This document shows positions 39,775 through 52,531 of a stretch of DNA of 64,000 nucleotides, in pieces (the first letter of the stretch is position 1; each line of letters starts with the position of its first letter). This DNA comes from Auanema rhodensis (Eukaryota > Animalia > Nematoda): positions 10,478,001 to 10,542,000 of the forward strand of contig OZ059898.1 in assembly GCA_964057225.1 (NCBI GenBank), written 5' to 3'. The position numbers and the translations under genes were made by a program. The notes beneath the pieces were generated by a model. It searched no databases. It saw only the letters and a program-made list of their open reading frames with translations, and was not told the origin of the DNA.

Positions 39775-42414
39775 TTCGAAAATGTTAGATTGTTTCCGAA
39801 AAACTATGAAAAGTCAAGTTCTACTGATTTGAAGAGAATTGTAAGTTTTAGAAAATAATTAAAAATTAGTTCTCTCTACTATTAACTGATTGTCGGCTAA
39901 AATATGGTAACAGTTTTTATGAAAAGTTTCCATGATTAGGATTAAACAAAAAAAAAGAGTTAAAAAGAAACACTTCTTGTTTACTTACTTGATTATAATA
40001 CTTGAAATTCCAAAAACAGTAGAATAAAATAGAGAAAGCGACATAAACAGTTGAACGATTTGAAGAGAATTGTAAGTTTTAGAAAATAATTAAAAATTAG
40101 TTCTCTCTACTATTAACTGATTGTCGGCTAAAATATGGTAACAGTTTTTATAAAAAGGTTCCATGATTAGGATTAAACAAAAAAAAGAATCAAAAAGAAA
40201 CACTTCTTGTTTACTTACTTGATTATAATACTTGAAATTTAAAAAAAAAGTAAAAAACAATTGAGAAAGCAACATAAACAGTTGAACGATTTGAAGAGAA
40301 TTGTAAGTTTTAGAAAAGAATTAAAGTTCAGCTATCTCTACTTTTAACTGATTAACGGCTAAAATAAGGTAACAGTTTTTATTGAAAGTTTCCGTGATTA
40401 AGATTAAACAAAGAAAAAAATCAAAGAGAAACACTTCTTGTTTACTTATTTGATTATAATACTTAAAATTCCAAAAACAGTAGAATAAAATAGAGAAAGC
40501 GACCGAAAAAGTTGAACGATTTGAAGAGAATTGTAAGTTTTAGAAAAGAATTAAAGTTCAGCTATCTCTACTATTAACTGATTATCGGCTAAAATAAGGT
40601 AACAGTTTTTATAAAAAGGTTCCATGATTAGGATTAAACAAAAAAAAGAATCAAAAAGAAACACTTCTTGTTTACTTACTTGATTATAATACTTGAAATT
40701 CAAAAAAAAAGTAAAAAACAATTGAGAAAGCAACATAAACAGTTGAACGATTTGAAGAGAATTGTAAGTTTTAGAAAAGAATTAAAGTTCAGCTATCTCT
40801 ACTTTTAACTGATTAACGGCTAAAATAAGGTAACAGTTTTTATTGAAAGTTTCCGTGATTAAGATTAAACAAAGAAAAAAAATCAAAGAGAAACACTTCT
40901 TGTTTACTAATTTGATTATAATGCTTGAAATTCCAAAAACAGTAGAATAAAATAGAGAAAGCGATGAAAAAAATTGAACGATTTGAAGAGAATTGTAAGT
41001 TTTAAAAAAGAAATAAAGTTCAGCTATCTCTACCATTGACTGATTATCGGCTAAAATAAGGTAACAGTTTTTATTGAAAGTTTCCATAATTAAGATTAAA
41101 CAAAGAAAAAAAATCGAAGAGAAACACTTCTTGTTTACTTATTTGATTATAATACTTGAAATTCTAAAAACAGTAGAATAAAATTGAGAAAGCGACAAAA
41201 ACAGTTGAACGATTTGAAGAGAATTGTAAGTATTAGAAAAAAATTAAAGTTTAGCTCTCTCTACTATTTAATGATTGTCGGCTAAAATATGGTAACAGTT
41301 TTTATTAAAAGTTTCCATGATTAAGATTAAACAAAGAAAAATAATCAAAGAGAAACACATCTTGTTTTCTAATTCGATTATAACAGTTGAAATTCCAACA
41401 AAAGTAAAGTAAAACTATTCAAGCGAGTAAGACTGTTGAACGATTTGAAGAGAATTGTAAGTATTAGAAAAAAATTAAAGTTTAGCTCTCTCTACTATTT
41501 AATGATTGTCGGCTAAAATATGGTAACAGTTTTTATTAAAAGTTTCCATGACTAAGATTAAACAAAGAAAAGAATCAAAGAGAAACACTTCTTGTTTACT
41601 TACTTGATTATAATACTTGAAATTCGAAAAAAAGTAAAAAACAATTGAGAATGCGACATAAACAGTTGAACGATTTGAAGAGAATTGTAAGTTTTAGAAA
41701 AGAATTAAAGTTCAGCTATCTCTACTTTTAACTGATTAACGGCTAAAATAAGGTAACAGTTTTTATTGAAAGTTTCCGTGATTAAGATTAAACAAAGAAA
41801 AAAAATCAAAGAGAAACACTTCTTGTTTACTAATTTCATTATAATGCTTGAAATTCCAAAAACAGTAGAATAAAATAGAAAAAGCGACGAAAAAAATTGA
41901 ACGATTTGAAGAGAATTGTAAGTTTTAAAAAAGAATTAAAGTTCAGCTATCTCTACCATTGACTGATTATCGGCTAAAATAAGGTAACAGTTTTTATTGA
42001 AAGTTTCCGTGATTAAGATTAAACAAAGTAGAAAAAATCAAAGAGAAACACTTCTTGTTTACTTATTTGATTATAACACTTGAAATTCCAACAAAAGTAA
42101 AGTAAAACTGTTAAAGCGAGTAAAACTGTTGAACGATTTGAAGACAATTGTAAGTTGAAGAAAAAAATTAAAGTTCAGCTCTCTCTACTATTAACTGATT
42201 GACTTCTAAAATATGGTAACAGTTTTTATTAAAAGTTTCCATGATTAAAATTAAACAAAGAAAAAAATCAAAGAGAAACACTTCTTGTTTACTAATTTGA
42301 TTATAACACTTGAAAATCCAACAAAAGTAAAATAAAACTGTGAAAGCGGGTAAAACTGTTGAACTAAAACAGTCTTTATAAAATATAAATGATATTTTTT
42401 TATAAAAGTGAAGT

Positions 42415-42475
42415 TGCATCGGCCGGGAATCGAACCGCGTGGCAGGCGAGCATTCTACCACTGAACCACCGATGC
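42415..42475 (-). pseudogene. tRNA-Gly (GCC) pseudogene, 10-nt deletion
   Basis: GAATCGAACCGCGTGG. Confidence 0.9.
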
Positions 42476-43064
42476 TTCGAAAATGTTAGATTGTTTCCGA
42501 AAAACTATGAAAAGTCAAGTTCTACTGATTTGAAGAGAATTGTAAGTTTTAGAAAATAATTAAAAATTAGTTCTCTCTACTATTAACTGATTGTCGGCTA
42601 AAATATGGTAACAGTTCTTATAAAAAGTTTCCATGATTAGGATTAAACAATGTTTTGCCTTTTGTTGGAATTTCAAGTGTTATAATCAAAAAGAAACACT
42701 TCTTGTTTACTTACTTGATTATAATACTTGAAATTCAAAAAAAAAGTAAAAAACAATTGAGAAAGCAACATAAACAGTTAAACGATTTGAAGAGAATTGT
42801 AAGTTTTAGAAAAGAATTAAAGTTCAGCTCTCTCTACTTTTAACTGATTAACGGCTAAAATAAGGTAACAGTTTTTATTGAAAGTTTCCGTGATTAAGAT
42901 TAAACAAAGAAAAAAAATCAAAGAGAAACACTTCTTGTTTACTAATTTGATTATAACACTTGAAATTCCAACAAAAGTAAAGTAAAACTGTTAAAACGAG
43001 TACAACTGTTGAACTAAAACAGTCTTTATAAAATATAAATGATATTTTTTTATAAAAATGGAGT

Positions 43065-43135
43065 TGCATCGGCCGGGAATCGAACCCGGGTCGCCCGCGT
43101 GGCAGGCGAGCATTCTACCACTGAACCACCGATGC
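43065..43135 (-). tRNA. tRNA-Gly-GCC: tRNA-Gly (GCC), consensus
   Basis: Identical to consensus. Confidence 0.95.
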
Positions 43136-43929
43136 TTCGAAAATGTTAGATTGTTTCCGAAAAATTATGAAAAGTCAAGTTCTACTGATTTGAAGAGAAT
43201 TGTAAGTTTTAGAAAAGAATTAAAGTTCAGCTATCTCTACTATTAACTGATTATCGGCTAAAATAAGGTAACAGTTTTTATTGAAAGTTTCCATGATTAA
43301 GATTAAACAAAGAAAAAAAATCAAAGAGAAACACTTCTTGTTTACTTATTTGATTATAATACTTGAAATTCCAAAAACAGTAGAATAAAATAGAGAAAGC
43401 GACGAAAAAAGTTGAGCGATTTGAAGACAATTGTAAGTTTAAGAAAAAAAATAAAGTTTAGCTCTCTCTACTATTAACTGATTGTCGGCTAAAATATGGT
43501 AACAGTTTTTATTAAAAGTTTCCATGATTAAGATTAAACAAAGAAAAAAAATCAAAAAGAAACACTTCTTGTTTCCTAATTTGATTATAATACTTGAAAT
43601 TCCAACAAAAGTAAAGTAAAACTGTTGAAGCGAGTAAAACTGTTGAACGATTTGAAGACAATTGTAAGTTTTAGAGAACAATTAAAGTTTAGCTCTCTCT
43701 ACTATTAACTGATTGTCGGCTAAAATATGGTAACAGTTTTTATTAAAAGTTTCCATGATTAAGATTAAACAAAGAAAAAAAATCAAAGAGAAACACTTCT
43801 TGTTCACTAATTTGTTTATAACACTTGAAAATCCAACAAAAGTAAAATAAAACTGTGAAAGCGGGTAAAACTGTTGAACTAAAACAGTCTTTATAAAATA
43901 TAAATGATATTTTTTTAGAAAAGTGAAGT

Positions 43930-44000
43930 TGCATCGGCCGGGAATCGAACCCGGGTCGCCCGCGTGGCAGGCGAGCATTCTACCACTGAACCACCGATGC
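43930..44000 (-). tRNA. tRNA-Gly-GCC: tRNA-Gly (GCC), consensus
   Basis: Identical to consensus. Confidence 0.95.
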
Positions 44001-44794
44001 TTCGAAAATGTTAGATTGTTTCCGAAAAATTATGAAAAGGCAAGTTCTACTGATTTGAAGAGAATTGTAAGTTTTAGAAAATAATTAAAAATTAGTTCTC
44101 TCTACTATTAACTGATTGTCGGCTAAAATATGGTAACATTTTTTATAAAAAGTTTCCATGATTAGGATTAAACAAAAAAAAAGAATCAAAAAGAAACACT
44201 TCTTGTTTTCTTATTTGATTATAATACTTGAAATTCGAAAAAAAGTAAAAAACAATTGAGAAAGCGACATAAACAGTTGAACGATTTGAAGAGAATTGTA
44301 AGTTTTAGAAAAGAATTAAAGTTCAGCTATCTGTACTATTAACTGATTATCGGCTAAAATAAGGTAACAGTTTTTATTGAAAGTTTCCATAATTAAGATT
44401 AAACAAAGAAAAAAAATCAAAGAGAAACACTTCTTGTTTACTTATTTGATTATAATACTTGAAATTCTTAAAAACAGTAGAATAAAATTGAGAAAGCGAC
44501 AAAAACAGTTGAACGATTTGAAGAGAATTGTAAGTATTAGAAAAAAATTAAAGTTTAGCTCTCTCTACTATTTAATGATTGTCGGCTAAAATATGGTAAT
44601 AGTTTTTATTAAAAGTTTCCATGATTAGGATTAAACAAAAAAAAGAATCAAAAAGAAACACTTCTTGTTTCCTAATTTGATTATAACACTTGAAATTCCA
44701 ACAAAAGTAAAGTAAAACTGTTAAAGCGAGTAAAACTGTTGAACTAAAACAGTCTTTATAAAATATAAATGATATTTTTTTTTAAAAATGAAGT

Positions 44795-44862
44795 TGCATC
44801 GGCCGGGAATCGAACCCGGGTCGCCAGCGTATGCGAGCATTCTACCACTGAACCACCGATGC
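44795..44862 (-). pseudogene. tRNA-Gly-derived pseudogene, anticodon loop replaced (68 nt)
   Basis: GTCGCCAGCGTATGCGAGC. Confidence 0.9.
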
Positions 44863-45425
44863 TTCGAAAATGTTAGATTGTTTCCGAAAAATTATGAAAA
44901 GTCAAGTTCTACTGATTTGAAGAGAATTGTAAGTTTTAGAAAAGAATTAAAGTTCAGCTATCTCTACTATTAACTGATTATCGGCTAAAATAAGGTAGCA
45001 GTTTTTATTGAAAGTTTCCATGATTAAGATTAAACAAAGAAAAAAAATCAAAGAGAAACACTTCTTGTTTACTTATTTGATTTTAATTCTTGAAATTCCA
45101 AAAACAGTAGAATAAATTAGAGAAAGCGACGAAAAAAGTTGAGCGATTTGAAGACAATTGTAAGTTTAAGACAAAAAATAAAGTTTAGCTCTCTCTACTA
45201 TTAACTGATTGTCGGCTGAAATATGGTAACAGTTTTTATTAAAAGTTTCCATGATTAAGATTAAACAAAGAAAAAAAATCAAAGAGAAACACTTCTTGTT
45301 TCCTAATTCGATTATAACACTTGAAATTCCAACAAAAGTAAAGTAAAACTGTTAAAGCGAGTAAAACTGTTGAACTAAAACAGTCTTTATAAAATATAAA
45401 TGATATTTTTTTTTAAAAATGAAGT

Positions 45426-45496
45426 TGCATCGGCCGGGAATCGTACCCGGGTCGCCCGCGTGGCAGGCGAGCATTCTACCACTGAACCACCGATGC
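45426..45496 (-). tRNA. tRNA-Gly-GCC: tRNA-Gly (GCC) variant T55A
   Basis: GAATCGTACCC. Confidence 0.8.
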
Positions 45497-46059
45497 TTCG
45501 AAAATGTTAGATTGTTTCCGAAAAATTATGAAAAGTCAAGTTCTACTGATTTGAAGAGAATTGTAAGTTTTAGAAAAGAATTAAAGTTCAGCTATCTCTA
45601 CTATTGACTGATTATCGGCTAAAATAAGGTAACAGTTTTTATTGAAAGTTTCCATGATTAAGATTAAACAAAGAAAAAAAATCAAAGAGAAACACTTCTT
45701 GTTTACTTATTTGATTATAATACTTGAAATTCCAAAAACAGTAGAATAAAATTGAGAAAGCGACAAAAACAGTTGAACGATTTGAAGAGAATTGTAAGTA
45801 TTAGAAAAAAAATAAAGTTTAGCTCTCTCTACTATTAACTGATTGTCGGCTAAAATATGGTAACAGTTTTTATTAAAAGTTTCCATGATTAAGATTAAAC
45901 AAAGAAAAAAAATCAAAGAGAAACACTTCTTGTTTTCTAATTTGATTATAACACTTGAAATTCCAACAAAAGTAAAGTAAAACTGTTAAAGCGAGTAAAA
46001 CTGTTGAACTAAAACAGTCTTTATAAAATATAAATGATATTTTTTTTTAAAAATGAAGT

Positions 46060-46130
46060 TGCATCGGCCGGGAATCGAACCCGGGTCGCCCGCGTGGCAG
46101 GCGAGCATTCTACCACTGAACCACCGATGC
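46060..46130 (-). tRNA. tRNA-Gly-GCC: tRNA-Gly (GCC), consensus
   Basis: Identical to consensus. Confidence 0.95.
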
Positions 46131-46690
46131 TTCGAAAATGTTAGATTGTTTCCGAAAAATTATGAAAAGTCAAGTTCTACTGATTTGAAGAGAATTGTAA
46201 GTTTTAGAAAAGAATTAAAGTTCAGCTATCTCTACTATTAACTGATTATCGGCTAAAATAAGGTAACAGTTTTTATTGAAAGTTTCCATGATTAAGATTA
46301 AACAAAGAAAAAAAATCAAAGAGAAACACTTCTTGTTTACTTATTTGATTATAATACTTGAAATTCCAAAAACAGTAGAATAAAATAGAGAAAGCGACGA
46401 AAAAAGTTGAGCGATTTGAAGACAATTGTAAGTTTAAGAAAAAAAATAAAGTTTAGCTCTCTCTACTATTAACTGATTGTCGGCTAAAATATGGTAACAG
46501 TTTTTATTAAAAGTTTCCATGATTAAGATTAAACAAAAAAAAATCAAAGAGAAACACTTCTTGTTTCCTAATTTGATTATAACACTTGAAATTCCAACAA
46601 AAGTAAAGTAAAACTGTTAAAGCGAGTGAAACTGTTGAACTAAAACAGTCTTTATAAAATATAAATGATATTTTTTTATAAAAATGAAGT

Positions 46691-46761
46691 TGCATCGGCC
46701 GGGAATCGAACCCGGGTCGCCCGCGTGGCAGGCGAGCATTCTACCACTGAACCACCGATGC
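46691..46761 (-). tRNA. tRNA-Gly-GCC: tRNA-Gly (GCC), consensus
   Basis: Identical to consensus. Confidence 0.95.
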
Positions 46762-48479
46762 TTCGAAAATGTTAGATTGTTTCCGAAAAATTATGAAAAG
46801 TCAAGTTCTACTGATTTGAAGAGAATTGTAAGTTTTAGAAAAGAATTAAAGTTCAGCTATCTCTACTATTAACTGATTATCGGCTAAAATAAGGTAACAG
46901 TTTTTATTGAAAGTTTCCATGATTAAGATTAAACAAAGAAAATAAATCAAAGAGAAACACTTCTTGTTTACTTATTTGATTATAATACTTGAAATTCCAA
47001 AAACACTAGAATAAAATTGAGAAAGCGACAAAAACAGTTGAACGATTTGAAGAGAATTGTAAGTATTAGAAAAAAATTAAAGTTTAGCTCTCTCTACTAT
47101 TTAATGATTGTCGGCTAAAATATGGTAACAGTTTTTATTAAAAGTTTCCATGATTAAGATTAAACAAAGAAAAAAAATCAAAGAGAAACACTTCTTGTTT
47201 ACTTATTTGATTATAATACTTGAAATTCCAAAAACAGTAGAATAAAATTGAGAAAGCGACAAAAACAGTTGAACGATTTGAAGAGAATTGTAAGTATTAG
47301 AAAAAAAATAAAGTTTAGCTCTCTCTACTATTTAATGATTGTCGGCTAAAATATGGTAACAGTTTTTATTAAAAGTTTCCATGATTAAGATTAAACAAAG
47401 AAAAAAAATCAAAGAGAAACACTTCTTGTTTACTTATTTGATTATAATACTTGAAATTCCAAAAACAGTAGAATAAAATTGAGAAAGCGACAAAAACAGT
47501 TTAACGATTTGAAGAGAATTGTAAGTATTAGAAAAAAATTAAAGTTTAGCTCTCTCTACTATTTAATGATTGTCGGCTAAAATATGATAACAGTTTTTAT
47601 TAAAAGTTTCCATGATTGAGATTAAACAAAGAAAAAAAATCAAAGAGAAACACTTCTTGTTTTCTAATTTGATTATAACACTTGAAATTCCAACAAAAGT
47701 AAAGTAAAACTATTCAAGCGAGTAAAACTGTTGAACGATTTGAAGACAATTGTAAGTTGAAGAAAAAAATTAAAGTTTAGCTATCTGTACTATTAACTGA
47801 TTATCGGCTAAAATAAGGTAACAGTTTTTATTGAAAGTTTCCATGATTAAGATTAAACAAAGAAAAAAAATCAAAGAGAAACACTTCTTGTTTCCTAATT
47901 TGATTATAACACTTGAAATTCCAACAAAAGTAAAGTAAAACTATTCAAGCGAGCAAGACTGTTGAACGATTTGAAGACAATTGTAAGTTGAAGAAAAAAA
48001 TTAAAGTTTAGCTCTCTCTACTATTAACTGATTGTCGGCTAAAATATGGTAACAGTTTTTATTAAAAGTTTCCATGATTAAGATTAAACAAAGAAAAAAA
48101 ATCAAAGAGAAACACTTCTTGTTTTCTAATTTGATTATAACACTTGAAATTCCAACAAAAGTAAAGTAAAACTATTCAAGCGAGTAAAACTGTTGAACGA
48201 TTTGAAGACAATTGTAAGTATTAGAAAAAAATTAAAGTTTAGCTCTCTCTACTATTTAATGATTGTCGGCTAAAATATGGTAACAGTTTTTATTAAAAGT
48301 TTCCATGATTAAGATTAAACAAAGAAAAAAAATCAAAGAGAAACACTTCTTGTTTACTTATTTGATTATAATACTTGAAATTCCAAAAACAGTAAAGTAA
48401 AACTGTTAAAGCGAGTAAAACTGTTGAACTAAAACAGTCTTTATAAAATATAAATGATATTTTTTTATAAAAATGAAGT

Positions 48480-48550
48480 TGCATCGGCCGGGAATCGAAC
48501 CCGGGTCGCCCGCGTGGCAGGCGAGCATTCTACCACTGAACCACCGATGC
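48480..48550 (-). tRNA. tRNA-Gly-GCC: tRNA-Gly (GCC), consensus
   Basis: Identical to consensus. Confidence 0.95.
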
Positions 48551-50730
48551 TTCGAAAATGTTAGATTGTTTCCGAAAAATTATGAAAAGTCAAGTTCTAC
48601 TGATTTGAAGAGAATTGTAAGTTTTAGAAAAGAATTAAAGTTCAGCTATCTCTACTATTAACTGATTATCGGCTAAAATAAGGTAACAGTTTTTATTGAA
48701 AGTGTCCATGATTAAGATTAAACAAAGAAAAAAAATCAAAGAGAAACACTTCTTGTTTACTTATTTGATTATAATACTTGAAATTCCAAAAACAGTAGAA
48801 TAAAATAGAGAAAGCGACGAAAAAAGTTGAGCGATTTGAAGACAATTGTAAGTTTAAGAAAAAAAATAAAGTTTAGCTCTCTCTACTATTAACTGATTGT
48901 CGGCTAAAATATGGTAACAGTTTTTATTAAAAGTTTCCATGATTAAGATTAAACAAAGAAAAAAAATCAAAGAGAAACACTTCTTGTTTTCTAATTTGAT
49001 TATAACACTTGAAATTCCAACAAAAGTAAAGTAAAACTATTCAAGCGAGTAAAACTGTTGAACGATTTGAAGACAATTGTAAGTTGAAGAAAAAAATTAA
49101 AGTTTAGCTCTCTCTACTATTAACTGATTGTCGGCTAAAATATGGTAACAGTTTTTATTAAAAGTTTCCATGACTAAGATTAAACAAAGAAAAAAAATCA
49201 AAGAGAAACACTTCTTGTTTTCTAATTTGATTATAACAGTTGAAATTCCAACAAAAGTAAAGTAAAACTATTCAAGCGAGCAAGACTGTTGAACGATTTG
49301 AAGACAATTGTAAGTTTTAGAAAAGAATTAAAGTTCACCTATCTCTACTATTAACTGATTATCGGCTAAAATAAGGTAACAGTTTTTATTGAAAGTTTCC
49401 ATGATTAAGATTAAACAAAGAAAAAAAATCAAAGAGAAACACTTCTTGTTTACTTATTTGATTATAATACTTGAAATTCCAAAAACAGTAGAATAAAATA
49501 GAGAAAGCGACGAAAAAAGTTGAGCGATTTGAAGACAATTGTAAGTTGAAGAAAAAAATTAAAGTTTAGCTCTCTCTACTATTAACTGATTGTCGGCTAA
49601 AATATGGTAACAGTTTTTATTAAAAGTTTCCATGACTAAGATTAAACAAAGAAAAAAAATCAAAGAGAAACACTTCTTGTTTTCTAATTTGATTATAACA
49701 GTTGAAATTCCAACAAAAGTAAAGTAAAACTATTCAAGCGAGCAAGACTGTTGAACGATTTGAAGACAATTGTAAGTTTTAGAAAAGAATTAAAGTTCAC
49801 CTATCTCTACTATTAACTGATTATCGGCTAAAATAAGGTAACAGTTTTTATTGAAAGTTTCCATGATTAAGATTAAACAAAGAAAAAAAATCAAAGAGAA
49901 ACACTTCTTGTTTACTTATTTGATTATAATACTTGAAATTCCAAAAACAGTAGAATAAAATAGAGAAAGCGACGAAAAAAGTTGAGCGATTTGAAGACAA
50001 TTGTAAGTTTAAGAAAAAAAATAAAGTTTAGCTCTCTCTACTATTAACTGATTATCGGCTAAAATAAGGTAACAGTTTTTATTGAAAGTTTCCATGATTA
50101 AGATTAAACAAAGAAAAAAAATCAAAGAGAAACACTTCTTGTTTTCTAATTTGATTATAACAGTTGAAATTCCAACAAAAGTAAAGTAAAACTATTCAAG
50201 CGAGCAAGACTGTTGAACGATTTGAAGACAATTGTAAGTTGAAGAAAAGAATTAAAGTTTAGCTCTCTCTACTATTAACTGATTGTCGGCTAAAATATGG
50301 TAACAGTTTTTATTAAAAGTTTCCATGATTAAGATTAAACAAAGAAAAAAAATCAAAGAGAAACACTTCTTGTTTTCTAATTTGATTATAACACTTGAAA
50401 TTCCAACAAAAGTAAAGTAAAACTATTCAAGCGAGTAAAACTGTTGAACGATTTGAAGACAATTGTAAGTTGAAGAAAAAAATTAAAGTTCAGCTATCTG
50501 TACTATTAACTGATTATCGGCTAAAATAAGGTAACAGTTTTTATTGAAAGTTTCCATGATTAAGATTAAACAAAGAAAAAAAATCAAAGAGAAACACTTC
50601 TTGTTTACTTATTTGATTATAATACTTGAAATTCCAACAAAAGTAAAGTAAAACTGTTAAAGCGAGTAAAACTGTTGAACTAAAACAGTCTTTATAAAAT
50701 ATAAATGATATTTTTTTATAAAAATGAAGT

Positions 50731-50801
50731 TGCATCGGCCGGGAATCGAACCCGGGTCGCCCGCGTGGCAGGCGAGCATTCTACCACTGAACCACCGATG
50801 C
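50731..50801 (-). tRNA. tRNA-Gly-GCC: tRNA-Gly (GCC), consensus
   Basis: Identical to consensus. Confidence 0.95.
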
Positions 50802-51364
50802 TTCGAAAATGTTAGATTGTTTCCGAAAAATGATGAAAAGTCAAGTTCTACTGATTTGAAGAGAATTGTAAGTTTTAGAAAAGAATTAAAGTTCAGCTAT
50901 CTCAACTATTAACTGATTATCGGCTAAAATAAGGTAACAGTTTTTATTGAAAGTTTCCATGATTAAGATTAAACAAAGAAAAAAAATCAAAGAGAAACAC
51001 TTCTTGTTTACTTATTTGATTATAATACTTGAAATTCCAAAAACAGTAGAATAAAATAGAGAAAGCGACGAAAAAAGTTGAGCGATTTGAAGACAATTGT
51101 AAGTTTAAGAAAAAAAATAAAGTTTAGCTCTCTCTACTATTAACTGATTGTCAGCTAAAATATGGTAACAGTTTTTATTAAAAGTTTCCATGATTAAGAT
51201 TAAACAAAGAAAAAAAATCAAAGAGAAACACTTCTTGTTTCCTAATTTGATTATAACACTTGAAATTCCAACAAAAGTAAAGTAAAACTGTTAAAGCGAG
51301 TAAAACTGTTGAACTAAAACAGTCTTTATAAAATATAAATGATATTTTTTTATAAAAATGAAGT

Positions 51365-51435
51365 TGCATCGGCCGGGAATCGAACCCGGGTCGCCCGCGT
51401 GGCAGGCGAGCATTCTACCACTGAACCACCGATGC
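51365..51435 (-). tRNA. tRNA-Gly-GCC: tRNA-Gly (GCC), consensus
   Basis: Identical to consensus. Confidence 0.95.
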
Positions 51436-52460
51436 TTCGAAAATGTTAGATTGTTTCCGAAAAATTATGAAAAGTCAAGTTCTACTGATTAGAAGAGAAT
51501 TGTAAGTTTTAGAAAAGAATTAAAGTTCAGCTATCTCTACTATTAACTGATTATCGGCTAAAATAAGGTAACAGTTTTTATTGAAAGTTTCCATGATTAA
51601 GATTAAACAAAGAAAAAAAATCAAAGAGAAACACTTCTTGTTTACTTATTTGATTATAATACTTGAAATTCCAAAAACAGTAGAATAAAATAGAGAAAGC
51701 GACGAAAAAAGTTGAGCGATTTGAAGACAATTGTAAGTTTAAGAAAAAAAATAAAGTTTAGCTCTCTCTACTATTAACTGATTGTCGGCTAAAATATGGT
51801 AACAGTTTTTATTAAAAGTTTCCATGATTAAGATTAAACAAAGAAAAAAAATCAAAGAGAAACACTTCTTGTTTTCTAATTTGATTATAACACTTGAAAT
51901 TCCAACAAAAGTAAAGTAAAACTATTCAAGCGAGTAAAACTGTTGAACGATTTGAAGACAATTGTAAGTTGAAGAAAAAAATTAAAGTTTAGCTCTCTCT
52001 ACTATTAACTGATTGTCGGCTAAAATATGGTAACAGTTTTTATTAAAAGTTTCCATGACTAAGATTAAACAAAGAAAAAAAATCAAAGAGAAACACTTCT
52101 TGTTTTCTAATTTGATTATAACAGTTGAAATTCCAACAAAAGTAAAGTAAAACTATTCAAGCGAGCAAGACTGTTGAACGATTTGAAGACAATTGTAAGT
52201 TGAAGAAAAAAATTAAAGTTTAGCTCTCTCTACTATTAACTGATTGTCGGCTAAAATATGGTAACAGTTTTTATTAAAAGTTTCCATGACTAAGATTAAA
52301 CAAAGAAAAAAAATCAAAGAGAAACACTTCTTGTTTCCTAATTTGATTATAACACTTGAAAATCCAACAAAAGTAAAATAAAACTGTGAAAGCGGGTAAA
52401 ACTGTTGAACTAAAACAGTCTTTATAAAATATAAATGATATTTTTTTAGAAAAGTGAAGT

Positions 52461-52531
52461 TGCATCGGCCGGGAATCGAACCCGGGTCGCCCGCGTGGCA
52501 GGCGAGCATTCTACCACTGAACCACCGATGC
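52461..52531 (-). tRNA. tRNA-Gly-GCC: tRNA-Gly (GCC), consensus
   Basis: Identical to consensus. Confidence 0.95.
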
